The notes under the pieces were generated by a model. It did not search any database. It was not told the DNA's origin and saw nothing but the letters and a program-made list of their open reading frames with translations. Below, one piece after another: positions 56,188 through 64,000 of a stretch of 64,000 nucleotides of DNA. Numbering within the stretch: the first letter of the stretch is position 1; the number at the start of each line of letters is the position of its first letter. Source of the stretch: Balanoglossus misakiensis (taxonomy: Eukaryota; Animalia; Hemichordata); contig CM082583.2 in NCBI GenBank assembly GCA_040954595.2, positions 5,888,849 through 5,952,848 of the forward strand, given 5' to 3'. Both the position numbers and the translations under genes were made by a program.

Positions 56188-56581
56188 AAGGCTCCTTAGA
56201 CAAACCTGTTGCGTCTGCGGTCCAGATCCGTACCAGAGCTTTTCGCCGAAATTCGATTTTATCGGGAGAATATCCTTTCCCTGTCTACTAACCGGTTATA
56301 ACCGACTCCACGATTGACTTCTTCTAACATCCGAACCGCTCGCTTTCTGAAACTTTTGTGTTTACCCATTGAGATAACCTCACTGTATTCAATATGGCGA
56401 TCTCAACAGGTAAACACAAGAGAAAATCAGAAAGCGAGCGGCTCGGAAGTTAATTACATCATATTTGGAGTCATTTGTGGGTAGACGGGGGAAAGATTCC
56501 CCCCGATAAAATCGAATCTCGGCCGAAAAGCTGCTGTCCGGATCCGGATGTCAGACGAATCAGTTTTGTCCATGGAGCCTT
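56188..56581. mobile_element. Hairpin MITE (394 bp, near full-length imperfect palindrome)
   Basis: aaggctcc...agcttttc(g)gccga.attcgattttatcggg...ccgctcgctttctga...ttgtgtttacc mirrors ggtaaacacaa...tcagaaagcgagcgg...cccgataaaatcgaat...gaaaagct...ggagcctt; loop ~20 nt near 56376-56398. Confidence 0.8.
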
Positions 56582-56643
56582 GCAGAGATGTGGTGGAAGC
56601 CATGTATCAAACGCCGGGAGAACGCAGACCTGTACGGGGGACT

Positions 56644-57372
56644 ACCACGACCCTGTCAGTGCTTGGAAATTTCAAGGCTCTCACATTCCCTGAGTGTCTG
56701 GAAATTTCCGACCACTGACCCTTGTCAGTGCTTGGAAATTTCAAGGCTCTCACATTCCCTGAGTGTCTGGAAATTTCCGACCACTGACCCTTGTCAGTGC
56801 TTGGAAATTTCTAAGCTCTCACATTCCCTGAGTGTCTGGAAATTTCCGACCACTGACCCTTGTCAGTGCTTGGAAATTTCCAGGCTCTCACATTCCCTGA
56901 GTGTCCGGAAATTTCCGACCACTGACCCTTGTCAGTGCTTGGAAATTTCCAGGCTCTCACATTCCCTGAGTGTCCGGAAATTTCCGACCACTGTTGTCAG
57001 TGCTTGGAAATTTCCAGGCTCTCACATTCCCTGAGTGTCTGGAAATTTCCGACCACTGACCCTTGTCAGTGCTTGGAAATTTCTAAGCTCTCACATTCCC
57101 TGAGTGTCTGGAAATTTCCGACCACTGACCCTTGTCAGTGCTTGGAAATTTCTAAGCTCTCACATTCCCTGAGTGTCTGGAAATTTCCGACCACTGACCC
57201 TTGTCAGTGCTTGGAAATTTCTAAGCTCTCACATTCCCTGAGTGTCTGGAAATTTCCGACCACTGACCCTTGTCAGTGCTTGGAAATTTCCAGGCTCTCA
57301 CATTCCCTGAGTGTCTGGAAATTTCCGACCACTGACCCTTGTCAGTGCTTGGAAATTTCCAAGCTCTCACAT
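56644..57372 (+). repeat. Tandem array of the same 69-bp unit, ~10.5 copies (right arm, inverted relative to left)
   Basis: Consensus CCCTTGTCAGTGCTTGGAAATTTCCAGGCTCTCACATTCCCTGAGTGTCTGGAAATTTCCGACCACTGA; GTCAGTG starts at 56655, 56724, 56793, 56862, 56931, 56996 (after a 4-bp deletion), 57065, 57134, 57203, 57272, 57341. Confidence 0.95.
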
Positions 57373-58040
57373 GCCACTGACTCTTTTCCAAGTATTTCAG
57401 CTGCAAAATATGGATTTGTCAATTAGCAGTGCTTATTTCCTAAAATTCATACGAAATCCAACGGATTTGTGTGATACGGATATTAATCTAACAATTCTTG
57501 TAATAAATATTGGGTTTCAGATTTACTTTTTGATGCTATTGTTTTTTCTGGCGAAATTTTACAAACAATTCACACACTTGCAAATTTTCAATAGAAATAT
57601 TACTCATGATAAACATGGAGACAAAATTTCATTAGAAAAAAATCAAAAGGACTGTCATGTACGTGGCTTTGAAAGAGACTCAGTTTTTTCACAGATAAAT
57701 TTTAATTTGAGTTTAAAGCCAAAATATGACAAAATGCATTTTTCCTGCTGTACAGCTGCAGGAAAGAGACTAAGAATACCTTTATGTAATTTTTTCATTA
57801 GAAATTGGCAAAGAATAAGGAATATTTTCATAAATTTCTAACTTTTTCAGCAGTAATTATGTAAAAAAGAGGTTTTTCGGAAATTGGAAAATGTTTTTTT
57901 ATACTGTTAATTTCTTTTTCACCAGGAACTGACTAACCAAATCAAGGTTTATTTTAGAACAGCAATTTCACGATGCCTACTACAAGGTCCAGATTTTGCT
58001 GCAATATGGCATAATAATTGTCATTAATTATTCACTATAC

Positions 58041-58180
58041 CTGTTCTTGCCTCTGGCTGGTCTCCTTGGCCATTCTAATTCTCTTCGCCTGCAGTCCATT
58101 AATCTCGCTCTGTAGTTTTATCTCATAGGTCCCATTGACAACTTTCTCCTTCTCCTCTGGGTTGGATTCTAGTTTAGTCT
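58041..58180 (-). CDS. CCDC122: CCDC122-like exon 8: (K)TKLESNPEEKEKVVNGTYEIKLQSEINGLQAKRIRMAKETSQRQEQ
   Basis: tttccccacag|AG...CAG|gtatag; 140 nt, phase 1-0; coiled-coil composition. Confidence 0.75.
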
Positions 58181-59115
58181 CTGTGGGGAAACATATCATA
58201 TCACGGAGATTAGAAAGCAGATTGAGATATCCCTTGATTTCTTGCTGAATAATTTGTTTACGGGCCCCGGATCAATGAGTGTGTACTGATTGAGGTAGCT
58301 GATATGCAGTACAGGCAAATAATATATTCATAAAAGCCATCGTGTCTGTATCAACAGCCATTTAAAGGAACATGGTCACCTGTGAAAATTTAGCCACAGA
58401 AACCATGTAAGGATGAGTGGCCAAGCATAAAAGCGTGCCACCATATGGTCATTTGAAGACTCAGAAATGACATTTTATTTTTAACTATTTAATGTACATA
58501 TGGGCATATTATAAGGAGTGATTGTTTAATAATATTGATGTTATTGATAAGAACTGATGTATTCAAATTATCACACCATAAATCATTTCAATACATCATT
58601 TTACTATTAGCTTATATTGTAAAATGCCTCTTTAGAAATAAAATAACATCAAAATCCGTTTTTCCAAAAATATTTAAAATGATTATATTCATGACATGGT
58701 ACAAAAAGCTTATCATTGAAAACTACTCTCATGAATTGGCAGTGTGGCCCTACATGTAGATTCAAATATGTTGATGAACTCAAGACATCGTCATTTGTGA
58801 CTTTAAAAGTAGATGTTGATCAATGTGGTAATCGAGACAGCATCTTGGGAAAAAGAAATACAGTGTCTGGCACAATATGGGGATTTAAACAGGCCAACCC
58901 ACATAATGCAACAAGATCTGAAAGGTCATTTGGGGTAACCCAAGACTCTACCGGTATATCCCCCTAGTGAACAGCCAAACCAGGGCAACACATCCAACTT
59001 AAAATTTACTTTTTAATCCAGATGAAAACCCTTCCGGTCAGAGTTACTAATTACACGTAGCCTGTTATAAATAAGCATGATCACAAACAGGGAACTCCAT
59101 GTAAAAACTACTCAC

Positions 59116-59243
59116 TTTCTTCTCTCAGTGCCTCCACTTTTTGCAGTTGTGATAAACCTTCCCTGTTGATCGAGTAACTTGATTCCAGATCAGCAACCAT
59201 CTGTACATGTTTTTCCATTTTCTCTCTGTAGGCGTCGTAAAGT
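59116..59243 (-). CDS. CCDC122: CCDC122-like exon 7: (R)LYDAYREKMEKHVQMVADLESSYSINREGLSQLQKVEALREE
   Basis: gtcatag|A...GAA A|gtgagt; 128 nt, phase 2-1; the Y.AY..K...H.....E pattern resembles CCDC122. Confidence 0.75.
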
Positions 59244-59586
59244 CTATGACAGCCAGGAAACACAAAATATGTATTCCAGTCAAAATTCCCTGCGCTTAAA
59301 ATTTTCCTGGTCATGTACATCAAGGGACATGTCAATAACTTTTGCTAGAATATAAAGTAATATTTCTATTCCCAACAAATATTCTGAGTCACCCAGCAGC
59401 TGATTTGTCAATACCAACTGTATATATCATTAACATGGAAAATTGAATTGAAGTCTGATCTTACATTGAATTATCAGTAATAATAATTCTATCACACAAA
59501 TAAATCTAAAGAAAATCCCCACTAGAAAATGTGACCTACAATATTAATAATAATTAGTGGCATTAAAAAGAGTTTACATGGCTTGC

Positions 59587-59668
59587 CTTTTTTCCTTTTG
59601 CAATCTGTCTTTGTTAACAGCCACTCTTGCTGTTAATTCTGAATTATCTGAAGCCATTTCATCAATGT
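59587..59668 (-). CDS. CCDC122: CCDC122-like exon 6: (D)IDEMASDNSELTARVAVNKDRLQKEK, probable GC donor
   Basis: tatttcag|AC...AAA AG|gcaagc; 82 nt, phase 1-2. An alternative GT donor 9 nt further (AT|gtaaac) is also phase 2. Confidence 0.7.
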
Positions 59669-60088
59669 CTGAAATAGAAAAGAGTTCTCTCTATGAATAT
59701 AAGCCTTAGTATCATGAGTAATTCACACATTACTGGCAAGGCACTGATTAAAGGGTCAAATATCTGCAAATGTATCCCAAAATAAGGAAATCCTTAGGTA
59801 CAATTATTACACCAACTTTGATGCAGTTCCACAGAAAAACAGTCAAATAAGTACTGAAATTCCAGTGTCTGTAAATATTTTTATTTAGTAATATTCCTTC
59901 TTTGTATCAATCACAGGTTTTTGCTGCACTGCCCGAAGAAGCAGTATTGCCTAATATTCTGTTTTGTGCTAGTAAACATAGCCTGTATAATTGCACTGAC
60001 CACCATGATACTGTAATGTTGACAAATTAATTAATTTAATGTTAATGCCCATACATGGTTAAATTTCAAACAGAATTTAAATGTATAC

Positions 60089-60202
60089 CTTTTTGAAGCT
60101 GGGTAGTCCTTTTTAGTTTTGTGGCCACCTCATCTTCTACCAAACAAATCTTTCTGCTGATTGCACTGACTTCTTCTTGGGTTTCTCCGTGTCTTTCCCT
60201 GG
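60089..60202 (-). CDS. CCDC122: CCDC122-like exon 5: (A)RERHGETQEEVSAISRKICLVEDEVATKLKRTTQLQK
   Basis: ctttctgtcag|CC...AAA G|gtatac; 114 nt, phase 1-1. Confidence 0.72.
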
Positions 60203-60391
60203 CTGACAGAAAGTTCCAGTGTTTTGTTAAGGGCAGTGTCCTAATACACTTTATAGGAGTTCACCTCATAATGTTTTATCTATTCATTTAGGAATAGTGA
60301 CAGCACTGTTATTATAGTTAATTGCTAAACAATTGACCTATGCTCTTAAACTTTATCCAAAAAGATATATTGATATAAAAATTATACTAAC

Positions 60392-60407
60392 CTAGTTGTA
60401 GTTGTAC
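60392..60407 (-). CDS. CCDC122: CCDC122-like exon 4, 16-nt micro-exon (VQLQL)
   Basis: atttttttctttcttgttattag|GTACAACTACAACTAG|gttagt; supplies exactly the phase 0-to-1 shift needed between exons 3 and 5. Confidence 0.68.
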
Positions 60408-61073
60408 CTAATAACAAGAAAGAAAAAAATATCATCAACGTGTATTTTGAAGGCTTCTTTGGAAATGCATATCACAACAACTGCCGCGTGGCAAAAGACT
60501 AATCCATTTCTTCTCGGTAAGTATGTTACATGTAACTTTGTAAGCTTCTTATACTTATAAGAACATTAAAATTGGGAGCTTGTTGAATGATTTATGCTAT
60601 AGGAGATATTGGAAATGAAGTTGATCATAAGCCTTTTGGCTCTGGGCTGAAAAGTAATTTGGATTTTGTATTATGTCAACTTTTCCATTTCTGGGGTTAA
60701 TTATATTGTAGACAATACATTCTAATCTTTGTAGGTTCTTAGAACACTGCTAGTGCTGAATGCAAACTCAACTGGCGGGCATCTAAGAAGCTGAACCTGT
60801 AACACGTTCGCAATATTTGAACAGAATTTTAATTTAATCCCCTCAAATCAAAGATCATTCTTGTTCAATCCCTCTTGAGGCTGCAATGTTTGTGGGTTAA
60901 GTGAATGTACATACATGCTCAATAATGCAGACACTATAGAAATAAAAACAATTGTCGTTGTCAACACAAGGTGGTGCATGGAAGATAAAATGGCTACATT
61001 ATACTACAGACTTTTTAACCACCTGATTCTACTACTAGCTATAGGTTACCAAACTTGTCTAAATATATCTTAC

Positions 61074-61231
61074 CTTAACTTTACTAAGATGTTCTTGTTG
61101 CTGATTGATTTCCAAAGTCAGATCTTTGATTTTCTGGGCTACTTCTCCAACCTCTTGTGGCAAACTTAAGACATTATCAATACACTGATCTACAAGAGTG
61201 CCCTCGTAGGCAAGACTACTAACAGACCTTC
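61074..61231 (-). CDS. CCDC122: CCDC122-like exon 3: (G)RSVSSLAYEGTLVDQCIDNVLSLPQEVGEVAQKIKDLTLEINQQQEHLSKVK
   Basis: ctttgtttcag|GA...AAG|gtaaga; 158 nt, phase 1-0. Confidence 0.75.
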
Positions 61232-61493
61232 CTGAAACAAAGCATACAGTTTCACACAAGTTTAACCAAAGAAATTATTTGTCTGAAATTTGTTTGTGTT
61301 CTTTTCTGTTATTGCGATAAGCGATAAAATTTTAAGCAAAATGAAGATACATTAATGACAAGCAATGTTTTAAAGTAGCTAGGCAGTTCCAGGGTTCACA
61401 CGTTCATAGCCATTCAAAATTCCAAGAACTGGTTTTCCAGGCATTTTCTCCTTTTTTTAGGTGAATGTACAATATACGTCAAACAATTGTTAC

Positions 61494-61717
61494 CTTCATC
61501 TTCAGTGCAGGTCTCCTCTGCAATTATATCTGGTGGCAATATCGTCAGTGTCTGCTCCACAGTGGGTAGAGAGATCTTTGGAGGGCTGCTGTACAGGGGA
61601 GAATGTTCCCGCTGATGTAGTGATGGTGGCAATGGTGTTGCTGATGGTCTGACTGCAAGCGGATTCAAAATCACCTTTGTGCCATCTAGTGTCAGATATC
61701 GTGTTAACTTTGGTGGG
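61494..61717 (-). CDS. CCDC122: CCDC122-like exon 2, Pro/Ser/Thr-rich N-terminal region: (S)PPKLTRYLTLDGTKVILNPLAVRPSATPLPP...AEETCTEDE
   Basis: ttttcaatacag|C...GAA G|gtaaca; 224 nt, phase 2-1, open only in this frame through to the donor. Confidence 0.7.
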
Positions 61718-62000
61718 CTGTATTGAAAAACAAAACGAACAAAAATACTTTAATAAGTATATCAACTTTCTTTAGTGGACATGAGAAAACACAGATTTGC
61801 TTGTGAAGGTAGTTAAAATGACATGATATGTCGTGAAACTGAATGATGTCCAGTGATGTGAAGTTGTGTGCATCTTAGCACACGGTTTGGGATTGATGCT
61901 CTCGAGAACGAGCAAAATGTGCATGTACGGAAAGTTCACCAGTTATTACGGACTCTCAGTGCCTCTAATATCCGTTTGGCACATTACACATGTCACTTAC

Positions 62001-62020
62001 CTATTCAGGAGATCATCCAT
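62001..62020 (-). CDS. CCDC122: CCDC122-like exon 1 coding part: MDDLLN
   Basis: ataATGG context, then ATG GAT GAT CTC CTG AAT AG|gtaagt (perfect donor, phase 2). The ten exons sum to 1074 nt = 357 aa + stop. Confidence 0.7.
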
Positions 62021-62072
62021 TATGACAGAATTTACTTAGAGATGCTGAGATGATGACTGGTGTCCGAAAATT

Positions 62073-62117
62073 TTAGCACACGACAACTACCCTGTAAACA
62101 CGACTGTGGGACGCCAT
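62073..62117 (-). other. Upstream ORF (MASHSRVYRVVVVC*) in the putative 5' UTR
   Basis: AAGATGGCG strong start context; TAA ends 53 nt before the main ATG. Confidence 0.4.
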
Positions 62118-62200
62118 CTTTGTACTACTAGGAATGGCCGATGAGGGCGCTCCATAGCTATGCAAGGCCCGCGCCCAGGGCCCCGGGGCCCAGAGTCAGC
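62110..62200 (-). promoter_or_regulatory. Candidate core promoter of the CCDC122-like gene
   Basis: YY1-type AAGATGGCG motif (62112-62120) and a GC-rich patch with the 14-bp palindrome GGGCCCCGGGGCCC (62178-62191) directly upstream of exon 1. Confidence 0.4.
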
Positions 62201-62281
62201 GAGGTCATGATTGCAAGGTGTCTGCACTGGCAAAAGCGCTATGTAAAATAACGGCGCGGTTATGGTTCGATGCGGGCGTAC

Positions 62282-62287
62282 TTTATT
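62282..62287 (-). terminator. Candidate polyadenylation signal (AATAAA) of the upstream gene
   Basis: AATAAA on the minus strand ~855 nt past the 63142 stop and just before the candidate promoter. Confidence 0.35.
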
Positions 62288-63141
62288 GTTTAAACATTAG
62301 CATAAAATGCACTATATTTCCGAAGGGATATTCCCATTTTCAAAATAGATCATTCAGAGAGTGCATGGCAAAACTTGACAAAGCGCAAATCACTCTATGA
62401 TGTCATGGGGTAATTCGTGCGAGGATGTTGTAATATCAGCATTCGAGTAGCAATGTTAACCCATGCCAGAAAAGTCGTTTTAATGGTCACAGGTTACGTT
62501 TCTTTCAGAGCTGTAAGGTTTATATTCCTTCTTTCAGCATACAGCCACGCACACGTTGTGTTCCGGGTTAATGGTTGTTTTGTAACCACCGCTGCTTTTG
62601 GCGGTTCCTATGGAAACACAGTAGCATTGATACTCGTACTGTTGATTTTTCGAATGAAAGTAACTAAATGCTATAAATGGCTAGCTGTGATCTAATGGAT
62701 GAGACTGACAATTCACTTAAAAGTGGACTTCAACAAGATACCCGGAAATATGCCATTACACCCCGAGAATAATCAGACCCAAAATATGACAACTAGACAA
62801 GGCGCGAGACCCTGCGCTCATCAAGTTGAAATATTCCCTCAAGAAGGTAAAAATTCAATAATTTATATCATGAGATGCTGCAGCTTTTCCGACGCACAGA
62901 AATACCTTTCATCTGGATCTACCTAAATAATGTTAACACAACGTGCATACGAAGTGTCAGAAAATAGCGCAAACAATATCAGTAATGACCACGCCACTGC
63001 CTCGTCTCAGACTATGTTCTCAGCCCTCCGGGTGAATGTACTTTTGACGTGCGCATCCCAGCATTTTAATTTCTCAGCTGTGTCGTTCTCTGTACGGGCA
63101 CTTGCAACTCACAAGAATATGCAGATAACTTCTTCTAATTC

Positions 63142-63367
63142 TCACGCGTCTCTTAAAATTGCACCTTCCCCGTCCATTTTGTCAAAGATTTTCTGTTCCA
63201 CGAGATCTCGGTTCTCCGACCCAATCAGCGCGTGGCTGCTGCCGAAATAATCTCCCGTTTCTGCGTTCAGAAAGTTGCCGCGGATTCGGACGTAGTCGCA
63301 GATATGAAAAGCCAGGATAGAGGCGATGAACTCCTTTGACGGAAGCCCGATTACGTTTTCGATGAAA
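63142..63367 (-). CDS. Probable last coding exon of an unidentified gene extending beyond the window (FIENVIGLPSKEFIASILAFHICDYVRIRGNFLNAETGDYFGSSHALIGSENRDLVEQKIFDKMDGEGAILRDA*)
   Basis: Long polypyrimidine acceptor ttttgtcctttacctttcgctttaatttcag|, protein-like composition in phase 2, CpG-rich codons; family not recognised. Confidence 0.55.
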
Positions 63368-63882
63368 CTGAAATTAAAGCGAAAGGTAAAGGACAAAATA
63401 GATAAAAGTCACAGTCCTACGAGGTTCCTATAACTTTCATTTGAATTTGACTCTGTAGTTGGTGGCGCTCATCAGAAATGTAGGCCTATACCGGTTAGGA
63501 AAATAACGTTAAGTGCACCTACAGTTCTTGGACATATCTGACAAATTCCGGATGAACAATGCGGACTTCGGAGATCAGCACGGGCGCACCTTTTGACCCG
63601 GTTACCCTAGAAACAGCAATAAATGGAAACACATCAGTGTGCATGTCATTAAATATGCATTCTTTTCCCTGCCTGCCTGCCTGTCTGTCTGTAAAGATAC
63701 TCTATTATCGCGTGAGTTCGTTGGCATACCGAAAAACAAATCTTCCACACACACTTACATAAATCGTCGCTGTCTCGTCCACTGCCTCAGCCTTTCGTAG
63801 TCATTTCTACTTTGCGCGACAAATATTAGGATAACTGTCTCGGGGATTCTCAATGCCTGAAATAAGATTGTCAGAATCTGTT

Positions 63883-64000
63883 ATGTGATGTGATGTGATG
63901 TGATGTGATGTGATGTGATTTGATTTTATTTTATTTTATTTTATTTTATTTTATTTTATTTTATTTTATTTTATTTTATTTTATTTTATTTTATTTTATT
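63883..64000. repeat. Compound pentanucleotide microsatellite (ATGTG)7-ATTTG-(ATTTT)n running off the window
   Basis: Directly visible. Confidence 0.95.

Larger units (their letters stand above)
55007..57914. mobile_element. Non-autonomous foldback-type DNA transposon (~2.9 kb) in intron 8: TIR, AT-rich arm, 69-bp array, core, inverted 69-bp array, AT-rich arm, TIR
   Basis: 55007-55046 (gaaattaacagtatagaaaacattttccaatttccgaaaa) matches the reverse complement of 57874-57914 with 1 substitution and 1 indel; TTAA sits just outside CAGTAT/ATACTG at both ends; the internal arrays are inverted relative to each other. Confidence 0.8.

Noticed and set aside
56590-56650. U1 snRNA-like or SINE-like words (GTGGTAGT...CTGCGTTC)
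   Set aside because: Only short scattered matches; the rest of the RNA is absent.
55304-57372. CRISPR-like array (palindromic repeats at regular spacing)
   Set aside because: The intervening sequences are themselves repeated rather than unique spacers; no cas genes; eukaryotic intronic context.
55266-57426. ORFs with 23-aa repeats (CQCLEISRLSHSLSVWKFPTTDP)
   Set aside because: By-product of a 69-bp unit lacking stops in some frames; present on both strands and broken by indels.
60797-60880. Candidate extra exon of the CCDC122-like gene
   Set aside because: Stops in all three frames after the acceptor.
62217-63250. LACC1 head-to-head with CCDC122 as in vertebrates, or a hAT transposase relic
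   Set aside because: Plus-strand ORFs show no recognisable similarity; the region reads as the last exon and 3' UTR of a minus-strand gene.

Overview
This is eukaryotic (metazoan, probably marine invertebrate) genomic DNA, not prokaryotic: it has spliceosomal introns, microsatellites and TE relics, and no operons, rRNA, tRNA or CRISPR that I can support. All supported genes are on the minus strand. (1) An intronless class-A neuropeptide GPCR of the vasopressin/oxytocin-CCAP/NPS-GnRH superfamily (5506-6954) with non-canonical activation motifs. (2) A roughly 39 kb non-coding interval containing a truncated Gypsy-type 5' LTR with a tRNA-Pro PBS and gag start. (3) A probable two-coding-exon basic orphan gene (50003 to 45963). 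(4) A 10-exon CCDC122-like coiled-coil gene (62020 to 53745, 357 aa, assembled by hand in phase) with a 16-nt micro-exon, a probable GC-AG intron and a uORF. (5) The last exon of an unidentified upstream gene (63367 to 63142). The most striking structure is a 2.9 kb nested foldback element in intron 8 of the CCDC122-like gene (55007-57914). It has ~40-bp TTAA-containing terminal inverted repeats, two oppositely oriented arrays of a 69-bp unit carrying ~33 GGAAATTTCC palindromes, and a core holding a BEL/Pao-like LTR-PBS-gag fragment and a 394-bp hairpin MITE. Family assignments rest on motif recognition and remembered sequences, not database searches.
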